The notes: generated by a model from the letters alone, not told the origin. Shown: positions 13,621-28,489, numbered from the stretch's first letter. The stretch is 64,000 nucleotides of DNA from Octopus vulgaris (GCA_951406725.2 OX597826.1:18104001-18168000); one strand, 5' to 3'. Program-made: numbers and translations.

Positions 13621-13883
13621 CAAGAACGTCTAAAAGTTATAGTTGTTGGGAGGTTAAATAACAAAAAATAGTATGGGATCAATAAATTTGGGCAAAGTGT
13701 GTGTGTGCGTGTGTGTGTTTCTCTAAACCATTGATGTTGCAGCAGAACTAACAGAAGGATGGCACAGATGGACAAATAGTGGTAGAATGGTGAATGAAGG
13801 TTTGTTAAACAAGCAAACAGATCAACACACACGTGTGTGTGTGTGTGTGCATAAGAGTGTATCTATCTATCTATCTATCTATC

Positions 13884-13915
<32 letters not shown>

Positions 13916-14091
13916 CATATGCATTCACACACACACACACACACACACAAGGGTAGATGATATTTATCATAAGACCAGTGGTCTACATATTAAAAAGAAT
14001 CGAACGTGTGTGTGTGTGTGTGCATAAGAGTGTATCTATCTATCTATCTATCTATCTATATATATATATATATACATATACATATTTTGTG

Positions 14092-14143
<52 letters not shown>

Positions 14144-14485
14144 TAGATAGATAGATAGATAGATATATGTATGATATACATACAGAGATACACTGAAGCT
14201 GATGATGAAGTTATCTTAAAACAATGTAAAGAAGGCAATGTGTATATTAAGTAAAGAATATATGTCAAAACTATGAGTCAGCTATAAATCAATGTTCATA
14301 TAAGAAATAAATTTTTAAACATGTTTGAAGTATGTTTCTAAGCAATTAATCTTAATTTGAAAATATTTTTTATCAATAAAATTCAATTAGAATATAAATG
14401 CATAGTTGATAACAATTTATTAAAAAATATTTCTGTGAGATGTGTACATGTGTATGTAGGTGCATGCACATCAACAATCATATAT

Positions 14486-14518
<33 letters not shown>

Positions 14519-14950
14519 CATATATATACACAAAATGCTTGGTTTAATTTACATTATAAAAGATCACATTTCTATTTAAATTGCGAACAGGTTTGTGTAT
14601 GAAAGTGTGAAGTAATGTTTGCGTGTCAATATATGTGTATGAGCACATGTATAAGCATGCATGTGTGTGTGTGTGTGTGTGCATAGGCAGCTGTGTGCGT
14701 GTGTGCAGGCAGCTGTGTGTGTGTGTGTGTGTGTATGAGCAGTCAGCTGTGGTGGTGATGTGTCAGTTATTAGCTGCACCTGTATGCATACATTATATCA
14801 GTGCTGAGTGAGTAACAACATCACAACGGTGAACTGAAAAATGCACTCTACATGCACTGTATAACAATTGGCTAACACGTGCTAACAAGCTGTCTCGTGA
14901 CATGCGGTTTAAAGAGAAGCAGACAGTGGATTATCAGAATGGAATGGAAT

Positions 14951-14986
<36 letters not shown>

Positions 14987-15785
14987 ATTTTTCTTTCTTT
15001 CTCCGTGTACTCCTTGTTGATGTTGTTTTTTCTTACTGTTGTTGTTGCTGTTGTTTTCACTGCTTTAATATGAAGTTCAAAAAAATTGTTATAAATAATA
15101 TGTTTATGATATTTAGAATTTTTCTAATTAGGTTTTTTTGATACCAGGCACATGACCAAAGGATGTATAGAAGGGCTATAAGTCAACCAAATTAATCCTA
15201 TCATATTATTGGTAGTTATTTAATCAATACTAAAAGGATGATAGACTGATAAACTGTTGGAAATGAATTAAAAACCATAAAAGGCAAAAAAAGTATTATC
15301 TGTCTTAGCCATTTCCATCATCTTACACACACACATATATATATATATATATATTAATACATAATTTTTCTCTCTTTCTCTCTTGCTCTCTTTCACTCCC
15401 CCTCTATCTCTCTTCCTCTCTCTGTATATAATTATATTTAATATGTATATGATATATATGTTGAATATCATATTATATATATGTATATAATATATATTAA
15501 ATATCATATATATAATATGTATATAATATATATATATTAAATATCATATATACATTATGTATATATATTACATATATCATAATATATACAAAGCAGGCAC
15601 ACACACACACACACACACATGTGAACATACAAATGCAAAATAAGCAGAGAAAATTAGCACAAGAATACCAAAAGTAAAGTTTGAGTTTTATTGAAACTAT
15701 AAAACTTCACAAACTGTTACTCTGAGTTTCACATTAGTGACCATTTGACATGTCTAACAATCAGATACACGAGGCAGGAATATAT

Positions 15786-16225
15786 GAGGTGGATTGACAG
15801 AATGAATAAACAGAACAGTAATATGGAATAAATAGAGCAGTGTGAGATGGATTGACAGAATAAATAGAACAAGAACATAGGAGGTGGATATGAGAGAGAA
15901 TGAATGAAAGAGTAATATTGGTGGTGGATTAACAGAATGAATGAAACAATTATATTGGAGGTGGATCTGAGATAAAATGAATAGAATAGTAATATGGGTT
16001 GCAGATTGACAGAATAAATAGAGCAGCAATATATGAGATGAACTGATGGAATAAATAGAACAAGAACATAGGAGGTGGATATGAGAGAGAATGAATGGAA
16101 GAGTAATATTGGAGATGGATTAACAGAATGAATGAAAGAGTAATGTTGGAGGTGGATTTGAGAAAAAGGAATGAATAGAACAGGAAAATATGAGAGGTGG
16201 GTGGATAGAATGAATGGAGCATTAA
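15786..16225. repeat. Minisatellite, about 35-39 bp unit
   Basis: About 11-12 degenerate units of gaggtggatt(g/a)acagaatgaat(g/a)aa..agtaatat. Confidence 0.8.
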
Positions 16226-17782
16226 CATGGAATGTTGGCTGACCGTCTCAGAAGAATGTGAGGCAAAATACCATGTGGTATTTAATAGTTTCCATTCATG
16301 GTCTGAGTTCATATCTTATTTGAGTTGACTTTGACCTTTATTTTTTTTTTCTGATATTAGTAAAATAAGTATCTAAAATATTATGTCTGCCATAATTGAC
16401 TACAGTCCAATGATTTTTATTAATGAAAGAGACAAAAACATATAGCATAGTTGTCAAACAATCTGTGTATCATTAGTACCATTAAAAAAAAACCCATCAT
16501 TATATAATATAAACATCATGTTTAAACAATGCATTTGCAAGTAGATCTGCATAAACAGAATACCTAGAATACATATGTTAATTCTCTGCTCCATCACACT
16601 GGAACAATATATCTTTATCATGTTTAAAATACAGGGACCTGGCTGGCTCCTATCAGTTTGTACTGGTTGCCCTCAAGAAGTCATGTGTTCTTAGAACCCA
16701 TACTACTGATTTCCTCCACAAAAATAGGGATAATGGTAGTCCTTTGGAGAAGTGACCCTCACAAGGGAGGAGTGGCTGCTGTAGCAAATGTCACTGACCA
16801 TTCACCATGGTAACACCATCACAGTCATTACCATGGGGCATGGTTGAGCACACCATTTGTTCTGGAATATGTGGTGCATCACCCTCTCCCCCTTCATCTT
16901 CCACTGCTTTACCCCCCACTTTTCTTCCTTTTCTTTTGTTTTCTTTCTTATCTTTCTTCTTTCATGTTTCTTTGTCTTCAAATGTTCTCATAAAATAAAC
17001 AATGAACATTCAATGGTAGTGGCTATTGCTGTTAAAAACAAAGGTTTGTCTATTTTGCAACAGAGAAAGAATCATATGTCAGTGGCAGGAAGGTCTAAGA
17101 TAATTTGCATCAGCAGTTTACCTAAAGAATAACTAGTGACTAATCCAGATGACCATCAAATGATGTGAGGAAATCATCTACAGGACCAGAAAATCCAATA
17201 TGGTCTGACAATAAATATAACAATCAACCTTTTGATACAAAGAATCAATTGAAGAAAATTAAATTTGTCTTTTCTCATCTTACAAAAATTGAAAGTAATA
17301 TCATAAATCAAAATATTTAATAGAAACTTCACTATAGAATTATCTCGTGTATATCTAACATCATAAATTCTCTTTTATTTTAAAATAAAACTTATTTTAC
17401 TGGAGTGTTTTTTTATTAAATGCTTTGCAAGAATTGAATTGAAACTATATGTGAAAACTCAGGTAAAAAATGTACTTTTATCTGTTCTGGTTATCTTGCA
17501 AATATATTACACAAGTTACCTATTTATGTCCTCCAGGTAAAATAACCAGGATTTGACATGATAATTAAATTTTCTGCCATAACGACATAAAGACTTACTG
17601 CAGCTATCAGAAGTGCATTAAAAACTATACAAGTGGCTACGTGTTTGAGATGCTTAGCCACTAAATTCATTTCAAATAGTTACGTGTTCAAATCTTGCCA
17701 CAATCTGTGTTTTTACTTCTGAGTAAGGTACATTACGTGCTGAAAGACTACCAAGCTGTGAAAAAATAAACAAGACTGTTCC

Positions 17783-17818
<36 letters not shown>

Positions 17819-18369
17819 TATCAGTGATTGGTATTAGGAGTAAATAGTTTTTCCCAACAACTTACACAAATCTTAAAGTTCTCCAAATATCCAATGAATG
17901 TCAGCACAGAACATGACATATTAGACAAGTGAAATTAATATATAGGATAATGGTGTACAGAAATGTTTAATTTATCTATCTTTACATCACACATGTGCAC
18001 GGCTGTGTGGGGGCTGGGATGTTAAAGAATAGACTCAATGTTTCCTCTGTGAGCTGTAAAAGGTGAGACTAAAAGAGGTTGGGAAGAAGATTTGCACTTC
18101 AACTTCCTAAAACCCACACCAGCAACAATTACCCAAACAAATCCATGAATTGGAGGGTTGTTGCCTGAGTACTGCAAAGGTGCCATCTGTCAGGAGTAGA
18201 GAACCACCATCAAATGATGGATGCAGTGACATACTGTTATAGTCCATGCCCTCACACTACTACATCTGCTATAACAAGATGAAGTGTGACTACAACCTAG
18301 TTTCTAGCTAAGCATTAGTTTAAGACAACCAATTTTTATTACTAAAGAAATACTACAGAAGTACCGTGT

Positions 18370-18595
18370 AAGGTGGTGAGCTGGCAGAATTGTTAGCATA
18401 CCAAGCAAAATACTTAGTGGCATTTTGCCTGTCTTTACATTCTGAGTTCAAATTCTGCCCAGGTCAACTTTGCTTTTCTTTCTTTTAGAGTTGATAAAAT
18501 AAGCGCCAGTAGAATGCTTGGGTGGTGGCAGGGTCAGTGTAATCAACCCAGCCCTCCTCTAAACTTGCTGCCTTGTGGCAACATTTGAAACAAAT
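18370..18595 (+). mobile_element. tRNA-derived SINE, family A
   Basis: aggtggtgagctggcagaattgttagca...ctgagttcaaattctgcc...; same family as 8261, 23282, 55970, 63406. Confidence 0.75.
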
Positions 18596-19149
18596 ATTTT
18601 AAGTCTCCTGTTTGAATGGCTCAGTTATAGTCTGAGGGAAAGACATATGGCTTATTTTGAGGACGACCTGATCTGATTGTTTGCACACCAGCACTGGCAA
18701 ATTATATTGACCACCTAAGACCAAGAACAGCAGTTCTCTGGACGGGTACATCTAATAAAACTCATACACAAGTCCTTAGTCAACTACAGACTATGGTAGG
18801 AAACATCAGCCAAACCAAGACTGAACCTCAAATGATGCAATCCAAAGTAAACCCAGCTGATCACTCAGTCATGTCTTTATAAAAAATATATTATTATCCT
18901 AGAATAGATTGAACTTGTGACTACTGAGAGTCATCCTGTAATCCAGTCAAGTAAACTGATGCATGTAAAGTGTTATGACTAACGACAAGTAATTTCAGGT
19001 GCTCAGGTAGTTTGGAGTATTGTTTGGACATGTGATTTATGGATTTAACAGTATAAACCACAAAGAAATTAATGTTACTCCCTAGTTGCACAGACTGAGG
19101 CAAGTGAAATTGAAATGGTGGGTTGTCAAATTAAATTTCTTTGAATTTT

Positions 19150-19450
19150 GTTCCATACCACAACACTGAACACCAAGTCCAGCAGCATAGGCTATGGTGG
19201 TGGTTTGGCCACACCTGCAGGATGAGCACTAGAAGACAACCACACCAACTTTTGTGGTGGTAGTGACCCACTCCCTGGAGAATCCAATGCAGTGTAACAA
19301 AGAAGATATGGGTGAAACACATTGAGGAAGACCTGAAGTCACAGTGCCTCAACCTCAAGCATGCTAAGGCCAGTGCCATGGACTGAAAAGCATGGAATAA
19401 CATCATCACCAGAGTCTATCATCCAGTAGCACCCACAGCAATGTATTGGT
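19150..19450 (+). mobile_element. RTE LINE 3' fragment
   Basis: RLWWWFGHTCRMSTRRQPHQLL...KKIWVKHIEEDL...AMD*KAWNNII. Confidence 0.7.
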
Positions 19451-20472
19451 TGAGAACACAGTCACTCCCTCTGGTCGCCAGTTAGAGATTTTACTTACTA
19501 GCTACAAGATACTAGGTTCAAATCAAGATAGGATCAACTTTGTCTTTACTCTGCCAGAATAAATAAAAATATGTATGAGTAATATACTGGATTGGAATCC
19601 CATAGGATCAGGAACAGGGTGTGCAGGGAGTGCAAGCGCACACCCTAGAATTTGAGAGGCAAGGGACAATGAAAAACTGGGTTTGCACCGACTAATCAAA
19701 TTCTGTTTCTGCACTTGTGCGGAATCCATTAATTTACTCCTTTTCTATAAAAGTTGACCTTATGCTAAACCAATGTTATTAAATATATTTCACTCTAAAA
19801 ATCTACCATAAAGTATTAATTTATCAGATATAGGATGTAACTCCTGGTTCTGTGGAAACAAAAATAAACATCAAATTGTAGAAGTTATAAGATCTAAGCT
19901 CTGACCAGCAGTAATGGTCTCAGGATTGTCAGTGAATTAACTACTGTCAGTCCAGCTGGTCATTATGGTCATTATAGTCATTTAGGCAGAGGTGAAGAAC
20001 AAAGAGTTAAGTCAAAGCCTAGAAGAAGATATTCCTTTCAGTATTCTTTTATTTAATGTTTTCAGCCAATAGAAAATAACATTCAAGCTTTTAATTATTG
20101 AATGATTTAAAATCATCATCATCATTATCGCTTAATGTCTGCCTTCCATGCTGGCATGGGTGGGATGGTTTGACAGGAATCAGCCAGGCAGAAGCCTGCA
20201 CCAGACTTCTGCAACTGTTTTGGCAGCATTTTTACAGCTGGGTACCCTTCCTGACACCAACCACTCAGCAGAGTGGACTTTGTGCTTTTTACGTGACACA
20301 AGCACAGGCAGGGTCAGTTTTGGCAAGGTTTTTAGTAAGGAAAATATTTAACAAGTCTAAGAAAATTAAAGATATTTATATACATGTATGTATGTATGTA
20401 TGTATGTATGTATGTATGTATGTATGTATGTATGTATGTATGTATGTATGTATGTATGTATGTGTGTATGTA

Positions 20473-20536
<64 letters not shown>

Positions 20537-20560
20537 TGCGCATGTGCACAGAAATACATA

Positions 20561-20609
<49 letters not shown>

Positions 20610-22729
20610 AGGCACACATGCACACACGTATTTATGTTATCTTTTTCAGCCAATATTTAGTATCAGTTCATATGTCCATACCAGCAGTCATCTTTTCTGC
20701 AAGCATCAGTTCATGTTTTAATGCTCAGCCATTCTCTTAGCTCACTTTTGCTGTGCCTTTCAAGCATATTAACATCAGAGAACATTCTTGCCCCACTTTT
20801 TTTTTCAAGTGTAGAAGATCACAGATCTTCTACATTCAATGTTTATGCTTCACTGCCATATGGCCATTACATTCTTAGTAAATGCTTTACACATGAGAGA
20901 AATATCCTTTTGTAGTCAACTAAGGTAACAGCTTCAAATCTCCCTCTGCAACTTTCTTTAGCTATAATATTTCCCATTAATTAATAAAATCAGGTCACAT
21001 TAATTAATAAAGGAAAAAATCTAAAGAACCAACTGAGAAGTTTATCGGCTTTATGTCATTTCAAATGCTAACTAATCCCAAGCACCTAGCATGCTTAATT
21101 CTCAGTCAGATTACCAGAGATCCAACTGTATCGTTCGGATACTCATTGTTTTATCTATATTTTTACCATGTTCATATTTATTTACATGTCTTTATATATA
21201 TTTTATTTATATGAAATATTTAGAAAGATCCTCGGGAAATACTGACTTTACATAGCTTAAAGGAAATACTTTGTAGAATTCTATATATGTCTGTAAATAA
21301 TTATCGGCATATACTTCTCTTTTATGGGAAGCGGTAGCCCTCTGTGTGTGTGTGTGTGTGTGCGTGTGTTCGTGTGTGTCTCCTTGCCATGACATTGATT
21401 GTTGTAAATGATTATCATCCATTTCCAATATTTTACAAAAGATATTTCTGGCCCTGGTGAAATATTGCCTTTTTTGAAAGAGGTAAGGGTTGGCAACAAG
21501 AAGGGTTGGCCATAGAAAAAATCGTCTCAATAAACTCTAACCTATGCAAGCATAGAAAAATGAAGATTAAAATGAAGATTAAAATGATGATGATGATGAG
21601 GAGGAGGAGGAGGAGGAGGAGAGTGATGATGAGGAGAATGAGGAGGAGGATGAGGAGGGGAGGGTGATAACAGTCAATATGAATAATCCATACACATATA
21701 TAGGACATGCTTTTGTCTCAATTTCATAAATAAAAGTAGCATTCCAACATGAGTGTTTTTGTGAAAGCTTTAAGCACGTTACTGTTATTTACAGACTTCG
21801 GAACATCTCTTGACTGTATCCGCACAATAAAGCAGTCAAACCACTCTCAACAACATCTCTTCTGTCTTTAAATTTGGGACTTTTTGCTTATCTATAAACT
21901 ATTGCAGCTCTAAATTTTAGAACAGTATAAAGAAGTGTGAATAAATAACAACCACAACAACAGCAACAACAACAACAACAACAATGTAATCATAGACAAT
22001 GAAAGTAAAACAGAAATGTAAATTAAGAAGCAATGAGTCAAATAGGTATTTTTTTTTTTTTTTTCCAAGATATCATTACAATAGAATTGGTGTTAGTTTA
22101 ATGTCTGTTGTCTGACAAAATTGCAGTTTTTCCATTCTCTCTAGGTATATATAAATATCAAATTTCAAACTAAAACCAATTTCACATCAGCTGCTAAACA
22201 CTGTGGAATTAAATACTGACATTCTGAAATCATTAAAACAGTTTTTAATTTGAATCTGAGACAGCAACAATTTTCTTTCTTATTTTCATACATATTTAAA
22301 CAGATAGTATCTAAAACATCACCATTGGTTTTTACTGTGAACAATTTTATAATCCTACAGTTACTAATTTCAAAATATAGTAAAATATATTAAATATGGA
22401 CTGAAATAAAGTTGATTTGATTGAAACATTGTAATTATCAGGGTTTATCTGCCCTCAAAAACCATCAAACCATATCAAATATAAACATATTGTATCAGAC
22501 ATAAAACTTTATAAAACGCATTACATTTAAATTTCAGACTACAACATTAATATTTGATAAATCATCAAATATACTAATGAAAAATATATTACAATTTGCT
22601 CAGTTTTCATGAAGGAATTTAATTAAAGACTTTTCAAAATTAGTATATATACATACATAGTTATAACTGTATGTATGTATGCATGTGTGCATATGTATAT
22701 GTGTGTGTATGTGGATATATATGTGTGTA

Positions 22730-22781
<52 letters not shown>

Positions 22782-23281
22782 TATATATATATATATATAT
22801 GCATGTATATATAGTGCGTGTATGATTTTTAAATATTTCTTTTTTTCTACATTGATAATTTTGAAGATTCCAATAGACTTCTGTTAAATTAACACAGCAA
22901 ATAAAACTTTAGAGAAGTCTTAAAGTAAGTATGTATGTGCATATATGTATGTATGTGTGTATGTATGTATAAAAATGATAATACATATATATCAATATAT
23001 ATATGTATAACAACTAAAAGAAGCCAGTTGAACGTGTGTGTGTGTGTGTATGTTTGTTTATATTTGTGCTTTATAAATGTCATGAGTTATGAGTGGTACA
23101 GTTGCCACTTCTTCTGTCTGTCTGTCTCTCTCTCTATATACATATATAATCCTTCAAACTGCATCCAGTAGTGGGGCCCTGCATTAGGAGTTCCCTCTAA
23201 ACCTCTATTGTTCTCATTGTTCTCAGATATTCTCTGACCTAGAGTAGTAGCACCTGTCAGGATCACAGCTCTAGATCAATT

Positions 23282-23503
23282 CTTTTCTATTTTTCTACTC
23301 TAGGCACAAGGTCCGAAATTTTTGGGGAGGGGGCCAGTCAATTAGATCAACCCCAGTACACAACTGGTACTTAATTTATCGACCCTGAAAGGATGAAAGG
23401 CAAAGTTGACCTTGGTGGAATTTGAACTCTGAACGTAAGGACAGATGAAATACCATTAAGCATTTCGCCCAGAGTGCTAACGTTTCTGCCAGCTCACCGC
23501 CTA
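23282..23503 (-). mobile_element. tRNA-derived SINE, family A
   Basis: Family consensus; 15-bp TSD agctctag(at/gc)caatt at 23267-23281 and 23504-23518. Confidence 0.85.
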
Positions 23504-23749
23504 AGCTCTAGGCCAATTAGGAAATCAGCCAGACAGATGGAGTACATCATCCTGATCGGGAACAATCCATCTAAGAGAAGGAAAATACTGATTCTAAACT
23601 TCTGCTGCTTTGCAGCCCCAGCCAGCAATGGGAAAGGCTTTCGGAGTAATCCTGAGGCAGTTCAATGTTGTTATCTACTTCCTAGTTCTGACAGCTCCTG
23701 CACTGATACCAGTTCCAAATTGGTCATGATGTTCCTTTGGATCCATCAG

Positions 23750-24240
23750 TGAAAAATGTCAAGTATGTCCTTCAGAGTCACTCTAAGTTCAACCACAATG
23801 GTTATTTTTGGCACTCCTGGAGAGCAGGAACAAGTCTGGATGGAACAATGTTACTGTTGCCACCTGTTCTAAAAAAGACAGGTCTACCCTTGTGATCTCT
23901 CACAGCTGCTTTTGCTTTAGGAACATTGCTTCCTTCCCTTAGAAACCTGATGCCTTTGGGTGATGATAGCTGCTCCTTATTGGCTTTAAACCTCTGCTGG
24001 GCTATCCACTTAGCAATTTCTGTAAGGATCTTGTTGTGCTTCCACTTGTATTGGACTAGGGCATCCAGTCAAAGTATGGTTCAGGTTGCAAAGAGTTGCT
24101 GCACACTGCTGTCAGGATGGGTCTTCTTTGTGTTAGATTTTAAGGTTATTTGGAGTTGACAAGAGGTCAACCCCAAATAACACACAGGAGGAAGGACAAT
24201 TATTCTTGGTTACTACTTCAGAGTTCTTTCCAGGACGGTT
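23750..24240 (-). mobile_element. Fragment of NeSL/HERO-like RLE non-LTR element
   Basis: Minus strand LLSTPNNLKI*HKEDPS*QQCAATLCNLNHTLTGC...YKWKHNKILTEIA (CCHC plus RH motif) and HPDLFLLSRSAK / IVVELRV (REL). Confidence 0.7.
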
Positions 24241-24409
24241 CTCACTAACGCATGTAATCATCAACTGATGATATGCTTGATAATCAATTTAATTACTGAT
24301 TATAAATTATTGAAACATACATGAAGTATTTGTAATCAATAATTTGTTTTCTGCTTCCTTCTTCTATACACACTATGTACACACACACACACACACACAT
24401 AGTAATTCA

Positions 24410-25180
24410 TTTCTTGGATGTAACCCTTGATTTGGGCACAGGTTCATATAGGCCCTACTGCAAACAAAACAAAAGGTTGTTACTCTTCATCACAGCCTTC
24501 TGCCATCCACTATTAGCATTTTAAAACTTTGTAAAGGGAGTCAGTGGGAAGATGTTGAATCTATCCTCCAGCAAGGGGGTTTCAACACAGTGGTCTCCCA
24601 TTATAACAAGGCTCTGGTAGCCTGCAGGTTCAAAGACAGCCTCAATTACATGTCCAGCCCTAACACCTGCAAGAGACAGTGCCACTGAAGAGTCATGTGG
24701 TTTCCACACCACCATCAATTTTTCACTCATTATGAAAATCTGGATGAGAAGGATCTTCCTTAGATTAACTGATAAACATTTTACACTGGATCATAGGGGC
24801 AAGGTACTCATGTAGGATTTACAGTGAGTGCCCAGTAACTGGTCATTCAGCATGGAAGCCATGGTCTATGAAACAGAAATGGGGTTGACCAATATCAATA
24901 GAGCAACAGAAATATGTTGGGGTAATGGAAGACCCTTACAAGGCCGGACTGAATAATCAGAATTCCTCATTTAGAATCCAAGAGAGGCACACTGTTATAA
25001 TTTTAGCCAGCTATATATGACAATTAAATCAACTAGAAGTTTTTGGAGTGTTCTTGGCCATTTTCAAGTCCTATCATGTTTGTCTTTTTATACCCCAACA
25101 GCTACACTGCCAACTTGAACAATATTGCCAGAAAGTGTTGAAATTGTGATGTGTGGTCAACAACTTCAGAGAAATTGAGC
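24410..25180 (+). mobile_element. Penelope-like element relic (RT thumb, linker, GIY-YIG endonuclease)
   Basis: FLDVTLDLGTGSYRPYCKQN...NLSSSKG...HYNKALVACRFK...IFLRLTDKHF...MVYETE...YVGVMEDPYKAGLNNQNSSFR...LASYI, with frameshifts. Confidence 0.75.
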
Positions 25181-26217
25181 TTCTATGCATGTGATGTATT
25201 TTTCTGCTTATCTGTAAATTCCTTTGTCATTCCCTTGTGTGACATTTTCGCTCATATATATGTAATACATACACAGACATCTCAAGAATAAATAGACAGC
25301 CTTCATTATATTGTTTCATACATGCAGACATTACTTTGTACTTCAAACTTGTTAATGCATTGTGCACAAAGCATGCCTGCTTAATACTAGATTAAGTATT
25401 TAAATGTATTGAATGACATTTTGTTTCTCTCCAAAATGATTCTGTCTCTTTACCTTTAAGATGCTTGTGTATATATATTAGTGTATGTATATTTATGTAT
25501 ATATGCATACATATATATGGCCAATGCCGGTGCCACATAAATGGCATCTGTGCCAGTGACACGTAAAAGACACCCAGTACATTCTGCGGAGTGGATGGCA
25601 TTAAGAAGGGCATCCAGCCATAGAAATGAAGCCAAGCCAGACTGGAGCCTGGTGCAGCACTCTGGCTTACCAGTTCCAGTCAAACCATCTGACCCATGAT
25701 AGCATGGAAAATGGATGCTAAATGATGAGGATGATATATACACAAATACATGGTTATTAGTGTGTGTCTATATCTATATGTATGTAAGTATGTGTGTCTA
25801 TTTGAATATATAGAGGTGTGTGGATTAGTGGTTAGAGTGTTGAACTCATGGTCATGAGATTGTGGTTTCAATTCCTGGATTGGTCAATGCATTGAGTTCT
25901 TGTACAAAACACTTCGTCTCACCTTGCTCCAGTTCAATGAGCTGGCAAAAGTAAGTAACTCAGTGATGGATCAACATACTGTCCAGGTAAGGATGTGTAC
26001 ATATATACCATAGAGTTTGGGAAATCAGCCTTTTGGGTCTATGGATCAGAGAGGACCTTTGATCTTTTTTTTATGTTTAAATGTATGTATGCATATATAT
26101 ATTTACATATTGATACTGGAGCAGAAGCTAACATCAAAATATAACACCTTAAATAATATAAAAGATCTCTATAAAGGAAGAAAATTTTAAGAGCTTTTTT
26201 TATGAATGAGATTTCAC

Positions 26218-26373
26218 CTGTACAGTGTTCCTTTCCAAACCTGTCTCTAATAAATCCTGATGCACAAAAACAGTCCTCAATGGATGTGCTGCCAGCGTCA
26301 GCTGTGAATGAATCTGTTGGACAACGTTGACAACCTGTATCATTTACACTTCGATAACTATCATGAGGACATT
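26218..26373 (-). CDS. Exon, ephrin-receptor-like (GCC2/GCC3-type) cysteine-rich module
   Basis: ttttctttcag|AA...ACA G|gtgaaa; 156 nt, phase 1-1; (K)CPHDSYRSVNDTGCQRCPTDSFTADAGSTSIEDCFCASGFIRDRFGKEHCT has the CP..Y.....C..CP..S.T...G.TS..DC.C..GF pattern. Not in the ORF track. Confidence 0.92.
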
Positions 26374-27209
26374 CTGAAAGAAAACCAACAGAGGTGTGTT
26401 TAAATCGGAAGGATTAACCATTTTGTTTAGTCTTTATATAAAGTTTCTCCATGCTAAAGACAATAACACTGAGGAAAAAAATTTTATAGTAGTTCATTCC
26501 CAGAAGAAATATTGTGCTTATTAATTTACTATTTTCATCATCAGTTTCTTCATCAAGTCATTTTTTACCACAAGTCAATGAGGGAGATTCTACAAGGTTG
26601 TACAACTTGCTAGAAATTGCAGCCATATTATCCCTCTTCCTTCAGATTACACTCAGACATCTTAAAAAAAGGAGGAACATAAAGAATGTAGTCATGTCTG
26701 GAATAAGACATGCTGGCTATGGCTAGAAGACCTTTGTTTTAAATCATAAAATACGTCCTAATCAGAGATGAGAAGGAGAAGGACCACTGCCACCCACATC
26801 ACCCTCACCACCAGGTGTACAAGGATGAATCTGGTCCTCTATGGACACTGTATGCCCCACCAACAAGTCTCTCAGCAAACGTAATATATAAGGGCTGAGC
26901 ATTTCTTTCAGTACTGTCAGCTTCCCACAACAAAACTCTTATCTATGTCCAGTGTATTTTAAAAGAAGCTACTAGAAACCCTTTTGTGTAAAGCAGCAAG
27001 GACCAGAAAAACAGTGGGTTTTGAGCCTTTAACCACAGCACCAATAGCAGTACTATTATCAGCATCACTGAGTTCACATTTATATATTTAAGGATACATT
27101 CCACAGAAAGATAAAATGGAATAAGTAGAACAAGGGGAGAAACACAGGATAGAGAATCACTGAAGCGGTCACAGGACATGTGATGAAAGAGCTTTGACAA
27201 AGAAACTAA

Positions 27210-27307
<98 letters not shown>

Positions 27308-28489
27308 TGATAATAATAATATGACCATCCCCAAGTATAACAATATCTGTTTCAATACACAATTTCACATCAAGAATCTTGAGAAACAAATACATAAATC
27401 ATCATCATCATCATTGTTTAACGTCCGTTTGCCATGCTGGCATGGGTTGGACATGATATTTAATTTTGTTTGAGATTTGAATTTCTTACACCTCCATCAA
27501 TTCAGTTATTGATTTAATCCTCATCCAATACTATAACATTTGGTCTGAAATAGAGTCATTTTAATTTTCTGTGAAATGGAGAATCATTCTAATTTGCAAT
27601 GTGAAGGAATGAAGATTTTAGAAAATAACAGTTACAAAATTTCTTGTTCTTACACAGAAGTTTAATACTGATATTAGAAATTCAACAATGCCTTTCCCCA
27701 AACCCTTGAACTATGGAAAATGAAATTTACTTATAATACATACTTTCAACAAAAGAAATCTGATATAATAAAGTGAAGGCTTTGGAAGGAGCCAAAAAGT
27801 TGTAATTAATTTAAATGGCACCAGCAAGAGAAAATAAAATTAAAAAATAAAATTATTAATTTTGTTCAAGAGAGACAGGGGAGGCAACTCTGAAATTGAA
27901 ATTAATTTAAACTAATTAATTATACAATATAGTGTGGAGTGATCAGCATCATCACTGTCACGGTAATGATGATGATGAAGATGATGATGAAGAAGGAGAA
28001 GAAGAAGAAGAAGAAGATGCATTGTGTTCTACCAAACCACAGTGGCCACTTTTTTCTACTACAACAGAGCGGATGCAGTTGTCATGAACAGAAAGGATTC
28101 TGTAAGTGGTTTTCCATCTCATTCTAACAGGACAGTGCAACTAATACTGTGTTCAAGAAGGAGACTATGAGAGAGAGAGGGAAGAGAGAGAGAGGAGAAT
28201 GACAGACAGATGGACAGTGAGAGAAGTGGGATGGGATCAAACTCAGTATTTGACTGGTCATTTATTTTCCTAATATTTGAAAGATGAAAGATAATAATGA
28301 CCTTGATTGGATTTGAACTCAGAATGTGTAAGGTGGTGCAAAAACTGCAAGGCATAGATTAAATACTCCAAACATAATTTCCAATTCACCAACCATACAT
28401 AGTATTTGGGCCCTGCACTCAGTAAAAGAATGTCTGTCTAGGCTCAGGGTTTATAATTCTATCAATATTTTATTTCACTGCTGAAGGTT

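Noticed and set aside
15786-16225. CRISPR-like periodicity
   Set aside because: Contiguous degenerate tandem units without unique spacers; eukaryotic context, no cas genes.
18035-18085. cctctgtgagctgtaaaaggtgagactaaaagagg, resembling a structured motif at LINE 5' ends
   Set aside because: Too degenerate to fold or assign to a ribozyme class.
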